A stretch of 63,408 nucleotides of DNA, filler included, from Nitrospirae bacterium CG2_30_53_67 (GCA_001873285.1; 7 parts of 7 records of this genome joined end to end with filler, not necessarily neighbours in it); one strand, 5' to 3'; shown: positions 48,941 through 60,857, counted from the first letter of the whole stretch. The notes: generated from the letters alone by a model not told the origin. Numbers and translations: made by a program.

Positions 48941-49453
48941 GTGTCCGCACTGATGATATTTCTCCTCTTATCCGGAGCGTGCGGCAAGAAAGAGGAAACC
49001 AAGGTCTATTCCACACCCGGGGGGAAGGTGGAGGTCACCAAGAAGCAGGGCGGGGATGTCCATGAGATGACGGTAAAAACCGGAGAGGGAACTACGACGA
49101 TGAAGATGGGCGCCGACACCATCCCCAAGGATTTGGGTGTCCCGGTCTATCCGGGTGTGGAATCGGAGCAAGGGCAGTCGTGGAGCATGACGGGGACAGA
49201 CAAGGAGAAAAAGAACGACTTTTCTGCAACGGTCCTCTTCTCAAAGGACCCCATCGACAAGGTATCAGCCTTTTACAAGGAAAAGTTGAAAGGGGATGAT
49301 CCGAAGATGTACGAGATGGCCATGCCCGAAGGGAAGATGGTGAACATCATCATCGATAAAGAGGAGAGTGCCACACAGATTGTCCTGACCGAAAACAAGG
49401 AGAAGAAAGGGACCCAGATTCAGATCACGAAATCCAAGGAGGCTAAGGATTAA
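48941..49453 (+). CDS. hypothetical lipoprotein (probably 5'-truncated)
   Basis: LLLSGAC lipobox then GKKEE; IPKDLGVPVYPG and D.IDKV..FYKEKL motifs. Confidence 0.75.
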   Translation: MSALMIFLLLSGACGKKEETKVYSTPGGKVEVTKKQGGDVHEMTVKTGEGTTTMKMGADTIPKDLGVPVYPGVESEQGQSWSMTGTDKEKKNDFSATVLFSKDPIDKVSAFYKEKLKGDDPKMYEMAMPEGKMVNIIIDKEESATQIVLTENKEKKGTQIQITKSKEAKD

Positions 49454-49713
49454 ATTTGATGGACTTGTAAGAAGTTCTAAAATGTGACGGCAAAGAAAAA
49501 AGGCCCAGATGCAAGGCGCGCAAGTCCTGAGGAATGAGGCGTACTTGGATGTACGCTGCAATGACGAAGGGCGCAGCGAACCCCAAGATTCATTAATATG
49601 TAAGTCGCCAAAGGCGGCATGAATAATGCAAAGCGGGGCATGCGGCGCTTCGAAACGAAGTGAAGAAGCGGCAAGCATAACCAGCAGATGGACTTTTTAC
49701 GAAGCCGTCAAAT
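49454..49713. mobile_element. MITE-like element (family F) with internal insertion
   Basis: Imperfect TIRs atttgatggacttgtaagaagt / actttttacgaagccgtcaaat; core tgaggcgtac..gtacgctgca similar to family A. Confidence 0.65.
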
Positions 49714-49714
49714 C

Positions 49715-51259
49715 TTATTCCCACTCGATGGTACTCGGCGGTTTGGAGGAGATGTCGTAGGCCACGCGGTTGACCCCTTTGACCTCGTTGATGATCCGAT
49801 TGGAGATGCGGCCCAGGAGGTCGTAGGGAAGCTGGACCCAGTCGGCGGTCATGCCGTCCTGACTCGTGACCGCACGTACGGCGATCACGTGCTCGTAGGT
49901 CCGCTCGTCGCCCATGACCCCCACGGTCCGGATCGGGAGGAGCACGGCAAACGACTGCCAGATCTGCCGGTAGAGCCCTGCGGCCTTGACCTCCTCGATC
50001 ACGATGGCATCGGCCCTGCGGAGGATCTCGAGCCGATCTCTGGTGACTTCCCCGAGCACGCGCACGGCAAGACCCGGGCCCGGAAAGGGCTGGCGAAAGA
50101 GTATCTCATCGGGAATCTGCAGCTCCTTCCCTGCCAGCCGGACCTCGTCCTTGAAGAGTTCCCGCAGGGGTTCGATCAGCTTGAGTTTCATCCGTTCAGG
50201 GAGGCCGCCCACGTTGTGGTGGCTCTTGATGGTGGCCGAGGGACCTTTGAAGGAGACGCTCTCGATTACGTCCGGATAGAGGGTCCCCTGCGCCAGGCAA
50301 TCAACCTTGCCGAGTTTGCCTGCCTCTTCTTCAAAGACCCGGATGAACTCGTTCCCGATGATCTTGCGCTTCTTCTCAGGATCGGTGACCCCGGCCAGTT
50401 TTTTAAGGAACCTCTCTGCGGTATCCACAAAGACCAGAGGGATGCGGAACTCGTCACGGAACGTCTTGACCACTTTTTCAGCCTCGTTCAGCCTAAGCAG
50501 TCCGTTGTCCACAAAGATGCAGGTCAGGCGGTCTCCGATGGCCCTGTGGAGCAGCACGGCGGCAACCGAGGAATCCACTCCACCGGATAAGGCGCAGATC
50601 ACCCGGTCTTCTCCCACACGGGCCCGGATATCGGATACAGCCTGCTCCACAAAGGAGTGCATGGTCCAATTGGGCCCGCACCCGCAGATCCGGTAGGCGA
50701 AGTTCTTGAGGATTTCCATACCCTGCGGGGTATGGGCCACTTCGGGATGGAACTGCAGGGCATAATAACCCTGTCCTGGATCGGCCATCGCGGCCACCGG
50801 GGAGTTTTCCGTGCCGGCTATAGGGGAGAATCCCTGTGGCGGTGTATCAATACGGTCGCCGTGGCTCATCCAGACCCGGAGGCGTTTCCCCAAGCCGGAG
50901 AACAGTTCCGATTCAGCGAGCAGGTCCAGGTCCGCCGCGCCGTATTCACGGTGTGCTGCCGGAGCGACCCTGCCGCCCAGCATCTGCGTCATCAACTGCA
51001 TGCCGTAGCAGATGCCGAGAATGGGGATGCCCATAGAGAAGATTCCCAGATCAGGGAACGGCGCCCCGGGATCTGATACGCTCGAGGGGCCGCCCGAGAG
51101 AATCAGGCCCGAAGGCCGAAAGGCCTGGATCCCCTTCAGGGGTTCGGAAAAAGGCCGAATCTCGGAGTAGACCTTGAGCTCTCGGATACGGCGGGCGATG
51201 AGCTGGGTGTACTGGGATCCGAAATCGAGGATCAGAATCTTTTTCTGCTGTATGGACAT
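49715..51259 (-). CDS. guaA: GMP synthase (glutamine-hydrolysing)
   Basis: [56 protein letters not shown]. Confidence 0.98.
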   Translation of the reverse strand: MSIQQKKILILDFGSQYTQLIARRIRELKVYSEIRPFSEPLKGIQAFRPSGLILSGGPSSVSDPGAPFPDLGIFSMGIPILGICYGMQLMTQMLGGRVAPAAHREYGAADLDLLAESELFSGLGKRLRVWMSHGDRIDTPPQGFSPIAGTENSPVAAMADPGQGYYALQFHPEVAHTPQGMEILKNFAYRICGCGPNWTMHSFVEQAVSDIRARVGEDRVICALSGGVDSSVAAVLLHRAIGDRLTCIFVDNGLLRLNEAEKVVKTFRDEFRIPLVFVDTAERFLKKLAGVTDPEKKRKIIGNEFIRVFEEEAGKLGKVDCLAQGTLYPDVIESVSFKGPSATIKSHHNVGGLPERMKLKLIEPLRELFKDEVRLAGKELQIPDEILFRQPFPGPGLAVRVLGEVTRDRLEILRRADAIVIEEVKAAGLYRQIWQSFAVLLPIRTVGVMGDERTYEHVIAVRAVTSQDGMTADWVQLPYDLLGRISNRIINEVKGVNRVAYDISSKPPSTIEWE

Positions 51260-51326
51260 AGCGTATGCACACCCCAAATGATACTGTGAGCCGGCGGAGA
51301 AGAAGTTGTGATTTTAGGCATCCAAG

Positions 51327-51432
51327 AAGGGTTCCAGGGGCCAAGGGTTCGAGGGGTCAAGCGATTCGTTTCCTCTCATTTTCTTCGCCGTTCACTTGAA
51401 CCCTTGACCCCTGGAATCCTTGGACCCTTTTT
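51327..51432. repeat. 8-mer palindromic array of the family B type
   Basis: gggttcca ggggccaa gggttcga ggggtcaa gcg ... cacttgaacccttgacccctggaatccttggaccc. Confidence 0.7.
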
Positions 51433-51494
51433 GCTTGCAATCTCTATACTTGTTATACGTGTAAAAGACTTTGTATGTATGTCAAGAATGTTGG

Positions 51495-53123
<1,629 letters not shown>

Positions 53124-53329
53124 CTAACATACAAGAGTTCATCCGTCAAGAAGGAAATCGCACGTGGGTTTAAGAAGCGGGGCCGCTTGACGGAATCCTC
53201 TTTTTCCGTTACAAAAGATCCAATGATTGAAAGACCGAAGACGTTTCCGGTCTTTTTCAGAGGCGCCTCCGGAGTCCGGGGGGTGGGGGGCGGCCATTGT
53301 CCGGATCAAGCCGGGATGATGAAAAGGGA

Positions 53330-53564
53330 TACCACAGAGCACACAGAGAACACGGAGAAAAGCAGCGCCTTGTTAAAAGCAAAACCTTTTCACCGCAGAG
53401 CACACAGAGAACGCAGAGGAAAGGCCTTTTAGGTAAGAACGAAAACCAAGACCTCTTCACCGCAGAGGCGCGGAGGGCGCTTGGCACAAACAACTGCCGT
53501 TTTTTTATGCAGATTCGTGTTCATTCGTGGCAGAAAAATTTTGTTTTCTCTGTTCCCTGTGGTT
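53330..53564. repeat. 9-mer-based tandem repeats (accacagagcacacagagaacacggag type)
   Basis: Three related copies at ~53331, 53391 and 53458 and a partial inverted copy ctctgttccctgtggt near 53548. Confidence 0.6.
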
Positions 53565-53588
53565 ATCTTCTGACTGACGGAGGCCGAT

Positions 53589-54131
53589 ATGGAAAAGAAG
53601 ATTGGGAAAAGCAGGCTGACTCTGGTGCGCGGGGATATCACGCAGGCGGAGACTGAAGCCATCGTGAATGCGGCCAACTCGTCTCTCATGGGAGGCGGAG
53701 GCGTGGACGGGGCCATTCACCGGGCCGGAGGCCCGAAGATCCTGGAGGAGTGCAAGGCCATTGTGGCCAGGCAGGGGAGATGCGGAACCGGCGAAGCGGT
53801 CATCACGTCCGGAGGAAACCTAAAGGCCCGGTATGTTATCCATACCGTGGGGCCGGTCTGGTCCGGCGGGGGTCGAAACGAACGGGAACTTCTATCCGAT
53901 GCCTACAGGAACAGCCTCAGGCTTGCGAAGGAGAATCACATCCGCTCCATCTCATTCCCATCCGTCAGCACCGGGGCCTACCGGTTCCCCATCGAGGAGG
54001 CGGCCGGAATCGCCCTTTCAACCGTTCGGGACTTTCTCACGGAGCACCCCATGGACGAGGTCCGGTTTGTGCTCTTTTCTGAAAACGATCTTAAGGTTTA
54101 TGAGGATGCATTCAGGAAGGCATTCCATTGA
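53589..54131 (+). CDS. macrodomain O-acetyl-ADP-ribose deacetylase (YmdB-like)
   Basis: GDIT, IVNAANSSLMGGGGVDGAIH, VIHTVGPVW, FPSVSTGAY. Confidence 0.94.
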   Translation: MEKKIGKSRLTLVRGDITQAETEAIVNAANSSLMGGGGVDGAIHRAGGPKILEECKAIVARQGRCGTGEAVITSGGNLKARYVIHTVGPVWSGGGRNERELLSDAYRNSLRLAKENHIRSISFPSVSTGAYRFPIEEAAGIALSTVRDFLTEHPMDEVRFVLFSENDLKVYEDAFRKAFH

Positions 54132-54177
54132 TTAGAGATCTGCAGCCCTTATTCATCTGTGATTAATATCAATTTCT

Positions 54178-54900
54178 TCATAGATCCAAATCGGCATTCT
54201 GGAATCCATACTCTGATTCTGGTTCGCTGACTATCCAGCGTATATTCTCAGCGGTCATTTTCCCGATCCCTTCAACTTCCTTCAGTTCTTCCAGACGGGC
54301 TGAAATTGCATTTTCTACGCTACCAAAGGTTTTCAGTAACCGTCCGGCCTTCGCCGGGCCGATACCCGGTAAGCCCTGTAGAATCTGAAGCTGTGTTCTA
54401 TGTTTACCCTTGGGTCGTTTCCCCTTGTGAGGTAATGCACCAACGGAAATTCTTCTCATCTGTTTGGCAGCGTAACATATGAGCTGGGCGCTTTCTTTCG
54501 GGCTCTGTGAGCGTAGAACTGGAATTCCTAAAAAGAGACTGATTGTAATCAGAGCGCCCTGGATCGCTTCTCGTCGCATTCCGCTTGTGGCCAGATCACC
54601 GGCTGTTCCCTCTAAGATAAGGACCGGACGCTTCGGCGAGGAAGCAAGTCTGCATGCTTGATCAAAGAGCCGTCCATTCTGGATGGAAACTGTAAAATCC
54701 AACAAGGTCTTCCTCTCAAAAAGGAAGTTACCCTCTACTTCATAATCCCCCAGAGCAAGACGTTGTACAAAAACTTCGACATCCTCCAAAACCTTTAACG
54801 CTTCTATTGTGCCGCTTCTTTGTTCGCGATCATCTGCAATGATTCGGATAAGAGGTGTTTGACAGGAGAAACCGGTATCCATATTTTGCATTTTTATCAA
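54178..54900 (-). CDS. ERCC4/XPF nuclease with tandem HhH domain
   Basis: ADDRE, LGDY, ERKTLLDF catalytic motifs; LPGIGPAKA and VEGIGKMTA HhH motifs. Confidence 0.88.
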   Translation of the reverse strand: MIKMQNMDTGFSCQTPLIRIIADDREQRSGTIEALKVLEDVEVFVQRLALGDYEVEGNFLFERKTLLDFTVSIQNGRLFDQACRLASSPKRPVLILEGTAGDLATSGMRREAIQGALITISLFLGIPVLRSQSPKESAQLICYAAKQMRRISVGALPHKGKRPKGKHRTQLQILQGLPGIGPAKAGRLLKTFGSVENAISARLEELKEVEGIGKMTAENIRWIVSEPESEYGFQNADLDL

Positions 54901-54975
54901 TTTTTATGGGAATTGTAAATCTAATTTTTTTTGTGGAGGGCGCGCCCGACCATGATACGAAAAAGCCGCCCATGC

Positions 54976-56288
54976 TCAATTCACAAAAGCGGGGGCGTTG
55001 TCCAGTATTTCAAAACCCTGGTCCACGGAGATATCCCGGATCATGTAAACGCTGAAGATCATCTGGTAGACCGAGTCGCCCAGGTTTTCCCATCCCGTGG
55101 AGATGAACCCCATATTGCCGAATTGTCCGGGGATGTTATCGGGAGGGTCCATGCGGCTCGCATCATCGAGGATGTATACCCTGTAGTGGACCGGGAGATT
55201 CCTTCCAAGATTCATGGAGACCAGGATTTCTCCATCGGGACTGGAAACAACGAGGGCCTTGTCACCGGAGGCATTGATTTTTTCCTTTTCAGCGGACATC
55301 TTTCCATTGATGGCGGCGCCAGAGGGCCGTCGTTTCCGTCCATGGTCATCAGGGTCTTAAGGTCCGAGAAAAAGAGGCCGATCCTGAAGGGGATCTCAAT
55401 GAAGGTATCCAAGAAGAAGGCGTTGGCGTAATGGATATGATAGATGGTGATGGCCGGGGTGCGAAGCCCCATGAAGAGCCTGGCCCTGTTGACCGTGCAC
55501 CGGATGACCCGCACGGGGCCTTGCTTTACGGCGGTCAGCCTGGATTCGGAATCCTCTTCCGTTCTTACAAAGTCCAGTTTATGAAGAAACTTCCCGCTGT
55601 GTCTCGCCTTCATCTTGTCGGCCAGATTCGCGCCGTATTCATGGGGAGAAGCCCCCTTCCAGTTTAATGCATCCATGACAAAAGGGGTTTTCCTGGAGAA
55701 TCCGACCCGGTAGGTTTGCGACTCGATCACATCGTCCTTGGGACGGTAGGAGACATAATGCGGCATGCCCGCTTGAGAGGTCTCGTGATCCAGGACCCAT
55801 GCATAGACCCATTTACGGATATTTTTTATCGGATCACGGATTTCTATTTCCACGGCCGAGGAGAAGGTCATTCCCTCCAGCCGGGTCAGGGTCTGCTCTC
55901 CGGCATCGGATGCCATAAATACAAGCTCGTCGTTTTTGTCCATGGGCGATCTCCCTTGCCGTTCCTGCTCTTTTTTATCAGCCGGGATCAGAAATCTTCC
56001 GTTCATGTCCCTTCGGTCGATCTGGAAGGGGATGGGTTTCAATCCCTCAGGGTCATGGAAGGCATAAAGAGAGATCTTTGCTGCGGGCGCATGCAGCAGG
56101 GGCGGGAGTTCTTTGCCCTTGAGGACCACGGGATAATAAGGGGAAGAGATGGGATGGCGGACCGAGACATGCCGGATGGCTGCTGCGGGCGAAAGGGATG
56201 AGGCCTCCTGCGGGAAGATTAGGCAAATCCACAGGGCTGCATGGAAGAACAAGACTCTTGCACTGAGCATAGGGATCATATGAACCAT
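54976..56288 (-). pseudogene. secreted hypothetical protein apparently split by a frameshift near 55311-55325
   Basis: ORF 55212-56288 (signal peptide, IPFQID, DELVFM, GPVRVI) overlaps ORF 54976-55299, whose frame reads AINGKMSAEKE upstream of its ATG. Confidence 0.55.
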
Positions 56289-56312
56289 CCTGTCCGGTTG
56301 TTTCGTCTCTTA

Positions 56313-56501
56313 GTGGTCCTGTTCGTAAATATGGTAACGTACCGAGAGGGCCTGCCTGTGCCGGCACGGCAGACAGGTCGTAGGGCGGCCTCATCAAGGC
56401 GCGCGACTGAGGCGTACCCCTCTGGTACACCGCAAGGAGCGGAACGCCGAGGAGGCCGCCCTACGGCACTCGAATGCAACCGTATTTACGAATAGGACCA
56501 C
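56313..56501. mobile_element. MITE family A, copy 3
   Basis: TTA|GTGGTCCTGTTCGTAAATA ... TATTTACGAATAGGACCAC|TTA. Confidence 0.85.
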
Positions 56502-56572
56502 TTAGGACAAAGATATACCAGATTCATGAGCATGGCAATCCGCAAGGGCAAAGGCAGAGACTTTTCGGCCGG

Positions 56573-57496
56573 TCACCCTTCCCGGCACGGGTTTTTGGGA
56601 GGATCCATCACAAAGAAAGGCGCATGATTGGAGGTAAAAAGCGGCGGCTCTTTTTTCAGGATGCCTGACACGGCCGGATGGCGCTTGAACTCCTGCTCTA
56701 AAAACTGCCGGACCTTTTTTCTGTGCCACCCCTTTGGATGGACGAAGTCCGTGTAGAGGGAAAGGTCGCCTTCATAGAAACCGCTGGTTTTCAGTCCTTC
56801 TGCTTCCGGGCTGGAAACCGGCATGTTGAAGATCGCGAGGTTCAGGAAGCTGATTTCATCCTTGTGCCTGACTGTAAATGCAAGGGTCCTTTGCGCTTCA
56901 GTCAGGCTCTCCGGCGGCGTGCCGAAAAGAAGATAGACATACGCGGCGATTCCCGAGCGGCTCAGGGTCTTCAGGGCCTTTGATGCCGTGTCAAGATCAA
57001 TCCCCTTGTCCATCCGGTCGAGCACGTCCTGATCCCCGGATTCCAGACCCAGCTTGAGCATCACGCATCCTGAACGCTTCAGGGCCATGCAGAAATCCAT
57101 ATCGGCCAGGAGCCGGCTGATCCGTGCAAAACCATACCATGGCACACCGGGGGGATGATCCGAAAGGGATTTGAGCAGCGGGGCGCTCATGGCATTGTCC
57201 AGGAAATGGATCAGTGCCGGTTTTGTCTCTTTGGTGAGCGTATTCAGTTCGACGGCTATTCTCTCCACCGGCACAGGAACATAGGGATTGGATTCGGCTC
57301 TTTCCGGGCAGAAGGCGCATCGGCGGAAATGACATCCGCTCGACCCGCTGTAGGGGAGAACGAAACCCGGAGAGAGATAGTCCTGGACCGGGAGCCCTGC
57401 ATAATCGGGCATACTGCCGCCGTTCTGCATTTCATTCATGCCGGCGAGCGTCAGCAATGGCGCCTCGCCAGGTCCGGAAATGAGGTGATCCACAAG
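56573..57496 (-). CDS. B12-binding-type radical SAM protein, C-terminal part
   Basis: SSGCHFRRCAFC, IHFLDNA, LKLGLESGDQDVLDRMDKG, YLLFGTPPE. Confidence 0.85.
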   Translation of the reverse strand, partial: LVDHLISGPGEAPLLTLAGMNEMQNGGSMPDYAGLPVQDYLSPGFVLPYSGSSGCHFRRCAFCPERAESNPYVPVPVERIAVELNTLTKETKPALIHFLDNAMSAPLLKSLSDHPPGVPWYGFARISRLLADMDFCMALKRSGCVMLKLGLESGDQDVLDRMDKGIDLDTASKALKTLSRSGIAAYVYLLFGTPPESLTEAQRTLAFTVRHKDEISFLNLAIFNMPVSSPEAEGLKTSGFYEGDLSLYTDFVHPKGWHRKKVRQFLEQEFKRHPAVSGILKKEPPLFTSNHAPFFVMDPPKNPCREG

Positions 57497-57596
57497 NNNN
57501 NNNNNNNNNNNNNNNNNNNNNNNNNNNNNNNNNNNNNNNNTTAATTAATTAANNNNNNNNNNNNNNNNNNNNNNNNNNNNNNNNNNNNNNNNNNNN
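57497..57596. other. artificial contig-joining spacer
   Basis: N-run/TTAATTAATTAA/N-run. Confidence 0.97.
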
Positions 57597-57699
57597 GCAG
57601 ACAAGATAAGTATACTATGCAACGTTAAGAATAATATTATGTCGCTTTAATTATGCAATAATATATAAGGGAATCATTGCTTAAGAAAATGAGGGGGTA

Positions 57700-58104
57700 T
57701 TGCCCAGGGACCCGGAAGCAACCGAACTGAAGCAGATGATCGCCGATTATATGGAGCAGGGGTTCCTGTCGAATATCATTGCCATGTTCAAGTCGGACCC
57801 TTCTCTTTATGAGATGGCAGGCGTTCTGCTCCTTGATGAGCGTTTCAGGGTGAGAATGGGTATGACCGCGCTCATAGAGGAATTGCATAAAACCAGGCCC
57901 GATGAGGTCCGAAAGGCCCTCTCATCCCTGCTACCCCTGCTCGGTCATGAAAGCCCGACAATAAGGGGAGATGCGGCATACCTCGTCGGTCTGATCGGAG
58001 ATGAAGAAGATCGTGTGGTTTTAAAATCGCTTCTGAATGATCCCAACCCTCAGGTGGCCGAGATGGTCAGGGAGATCCTTGAACAGAATGATTTAGAATT
58101 TTAA
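57700..58104 (+). CDS. HEAT-repeat protein
   Basis: LLGHESPTIRGDAAYLVG, LLNDPNPQVAEMVRE; GAGGGG RBS before TTG. Confidence 0.8.
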   Translation: MPRDPEATELKQMIADYMEQGFLSNIIAMFKSDPSLYEMAGVLLLDERFRVRMGMTALIEELHKTRPDEVRKALSSLLPLLGHESPTIRGDAAYLVGLIGDEEDRVVLKSLLNDPNPQVAEMVREILEQNDLEF

Positions 58105-58160
58105 GAAATCCGATGAAGCCGGATGATTTTGCTTTGTATCTTCAGTGGAGGTCCTGCAGG

Positions 58161-58448
58161 ATGAGAACCATGAATCTGTTGTTGTCCATCGCCTTTTTTA
58201 CCGCCTCCTGCGCAGTGAATGCCTCGATGCTCGAGGGGAGAGGCACGGTCCGTTATATCCCCATTGAGGGAGGATTCTACGGAATCGTCTGCGACGATGG
58301 TAAGAACTATGACCCGGCCAATCTCCCGCCTGAGTTCCAGCAGGATAACCTCAAGGTCAGGTTCACCGGAAAGATTCTGAAAGACCGGGTCGGTTTCCAC
58401 ATGTGGGGGGAGATCATCGAGATCAAGGATATTTCAAGATCCGAGTGA
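58161..58448 (+). CDS. small putative lipoprotein
   Basis: GGAGG RBS, hydrophobic stretch ending FTASC, GTVRYI.IEGGFYGI..DDG..YDP.NLP motif. Confidence 0.7.
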   Translation: MRTMNLLLSIAFFTASCAVNASMLEGRGTVRYIPIEGGFYGIVCDDGKNYDPANLPPEFQQDNLKVRFTGKILKDRVGFHMWGEIIEIKDISRSE

Positions 58449-58465
58449 CGGGATGTTCTCGATGT

Positions 58466-59959
58466 CTATCCAGTCCGCTGGAAGGCCTCCTCGGTCTCAC
58501 GGGCAAGTCTCTCTTCCCTGGCCAAAATCCCCTGTCCCTGGATCACAAAGAAGACCGTATCCGCTTCTCTGACCATGCGTATCCTGTACCAGCGGCCCCA
58601 TGTCCTGAGAGTCAAAACCCCCATGAAGAGAAAGGATGACACCCAGAGGAGGGGAAGCCCGGGGTCATGCCGGATGCTCAGAGTCGTTGCCTCGTCAAGG
58701 CCCTCGAAGATCAGGGTCTGTCCCTTTACCGTAAGGGGTTCATGCAGGACCAGTTTTTCCAGAGGTTGTGCCGTCTCCTTCACCTTCCCCTGGTCCTCCT
58801 TCTGCTTGGCCCCATCTTCTGGCTCAGGAATTAGAGAGACCGGCACAAAAGGAACGATCTTTTGGACCTGGCCATCCATTGTGAAAAGAGATCCGGTCTT
58901 GACCGCTCCTTCGAGCCTGATCTTCTCCTTGACACCGGGGATCGAGAACTCCTTTCCGGCATCGACGGTCAACATCTCCCCGGTTGAAGGGATTCGGATA
59001 TGAAGTCTCTGGTCGTAGGCGGCCTGATACAAGGCAAGCCCCTGATACCGGAGCGGATCGTTGACCTCGATGACCTTTTCCATCTTTAGCCGGTCTCCAT
59101 CATAGATCTGAAGACGGCTCTTCCAGTCCTTTGGATAGTAGGAAGGGTTGTCGATTTTAAAACGCAGGGGTTTGTCTCTTTCTGCAAAGACAGCCCTGAT
59201 CCTGTCCATTTTCCACCACCGGTTTTCCTCCGTGAAATCGAGCTTGTATTCATAGGTGTATTCGGTGATGAACTCGGCCAAGCCGATCCGGAAGGTTTTC
59301 TCCTCGGGGGCCTTCCATGCGGCCTTGTTCCCGATAAATAAATTCATTAAACGATGCCATCGGGTCTGATCCGAGACTGTGGCGATGGTCTGGGGCTCTC
59401 CCGGCCAGATGGTAACCTCTGACTCAAAGGAAAAGAGATAGGTGGTAAAGAATCCGAGGATACAGAAAACAAGGGCCGCGTGATAGATCCAGGAGAGCCA
59501 TGTCGCACTGAATCCCATCTCCGCCTCCAGCATGTCCTCTTTTTGTTTGCGGATGGAAAACCCCAGGTTCTTGAGAACCGGTCCTGGGTCATTGTTCCCT
59601 TGCATGCGGACCTCCCGGTACCCGGGAGAGCCCTTGAACGTCTTGAGCGAAAAAAGAGTAAATCCGATCTTTCTTCGGTTCTTCCTCAACACCATCCATC
59701 GGTCCATTGTGCAGAGAAAGAGGCTGATCCAGAAGAGGATCGCAATATAGAGGAAAGGGGAGGCATGATGGGTGTAGATGTCAAGGAGATGGAAGGTCCT
59801 GACGATCCAGAGCGCGAACCCGCCCTCTTCTGCATATTCACTGTTCTGCGAGAAGATGGTCCCAATGGAATAGAAGAAGCTCAGGACGCAAAGCAGAAAG
59901 ATCGCGGTCTTAATGGAAATGAGTTTTTTATAGATCCAGCTCTTTCGTATCCGGTCCAT
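58466..59959 (-). CDS. resB: cytochrome c biogenesis protein ResB/Ccs1
   Basis: SIKTAIFLL..IGT, LFLCT.DR, IYHAAL, IEVNDPLRYQG..LYQA, HDPGLPLLW. Confidence 0.85.
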   Translation of the reverse strand: MDRIRKSWIYKKLISIKTAIFLLCVLSFFYSIGTIFSQNSEYAEEGGFALWIVRTFHLLDIYTHHASPFLYIAILFWISLFLCTMDRWMVLRKNRRKIGFTLFSLKTFKGSPGYREVRMQGNNDPGPVLKNLGFSIRKQKEDMLEAEMGFSATWLSWIYHAALVFCILGFFTTYLFSFESEVTIWPGEPQTIATVSDQTRWHRLMNLFIGNKAAWKAPEEKTFRIGLAEFITEYTYEYKLDFTEENRWWKMDRIRAVFAERDKPLRFKIDNPSYYPKDWKSRLQIYDGDRLKMEKVIEVNDPLRYQGLALYQAAYDQRLHIRIPSTGEMLTVDAGKEFSIPGVKEKIRLEGAVKTGSLFTMDGQVQKIVPFVPVSLIPEPEDGAKQKEDQGKVKETAQPLEKLVLHEPLTVKGQTLIFEGLDEATTLSIRHDPGLPLLWVSSFLFMGVLTLRTWGRWYRIRMVREADTVFFVIQGQGILAREERLARETEEAFQRTG

Positions 59960-59972
59960 GGTCTATTTCCCG

Positions 59973-60857
59973 TCACAAGGCATAGATGTGAAGGCTTTCG
60001 ATACTGAAGAGTTTGGCCAGCCAGCTCACCCCGATGAAGGTCATGATCATGCAGATGAAACCGAGTATGTTAAAAAGAGAGGCTTGCCACCCCCGCCATT
60101 TTGGGATGGTCATGGCATGCATATAGATCGTGAACACCGTCCAGGTGATCAGGGACCAGGTCTCCTTGGGGTCCCAGGACCAGAATCTTCCCCAGGCGTT
60201 GTCGGCCCAGACGGCCCCGGAGATGATCCCAAAGGTCAGGAGCGGATAACCGAAGAGAACGAGGTTATAGGCAGAGCGATGAAAGGTTTCAAGGTTCCCG
60301 GGTAAGAGCCCATAGGACTTTCCCTTGCCTTTGAGCACGGCCGGCCGAAGGAACACATAGACGATCTCCACGGAAGAGCTCACTACGAATACGGCATACG
60401 AGAGAAAAGCCAGGACCACATGAGGGACGAACCAGTTACTCTGCAGGGCCGGGAAGAGGGGGTTGATCTCCGGTTCTCTGGTGAAGAGCGCGAAGAGGCA
60501 TGCCCCCGAGGCCATGAGGGTGACGATCAGACCGGGGAGGAAGACCTTGTTCCAGCGCCGCTCCATATAGAGATAGACCATGACCGTGGACCAGGAAAAC
60601 CAGGAAAGGGACTCGTACAGGCTTTGAAAGGGGGGCCGTCCCCCTGCATAGCTTCGGAGCAGGATCATACCCGTATGAAGAAGCACAGCCGTGCGTAAGA
60701 TCCAGGAGCCGATTTTTCCGCTTCCACGATCTGGGGCAAAGAGATGGAACAGGTAAAATAATGCGCTGATCCCGTAAAGGGTCACAACCACCCAGAAGAC
60801 CCGGAGCTCCCATTGGAGGAGGCCGGCCTCCTGCACCAAAATGTTCTCGATCATCAT
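59973..60857 (-). CDS. ccsA: cytochrome c biogenesis protein CcsA/ResC
   Basis: PALQSNWFVPHV, GAVWADNAWGRFWSWDPKETWSLITW..IYMH, SLHIY. Confidence 0.94.
   Translation of the reverse strand: MMIENILVQEAGLLQWELRVFWVVVTLYGISALFYLFHLFAPDRGSGKIGSWILRTAVLLHTGMILLRSYAGGRPPFQSLYESLSWFSWSTVMVYLYMERRWNKVFLPGLIVTLMASGACLFALFTREPEINPLFPALQSNWFVPHVVLAFLSYAVFVVSSSVEIVYVFLRPAVLKGKGKSYGLLPGNLETFHRSAYNLVLFGYPLLTFGIISGAVWADNAWGRFWSWDPKETWSLITWTVFTIYMHAMTIPKWRGWQASLFNILGFICMIMTFIGVSWLAKLFSIESLHIYAL

Noticed and set aside
57597..57690. AT-rich stretch with ataatattatgtc as a dif/Xer site
   Set aside because: Could not fit an 11-6-11 layout with both arms matching; more likely promoter DNA.
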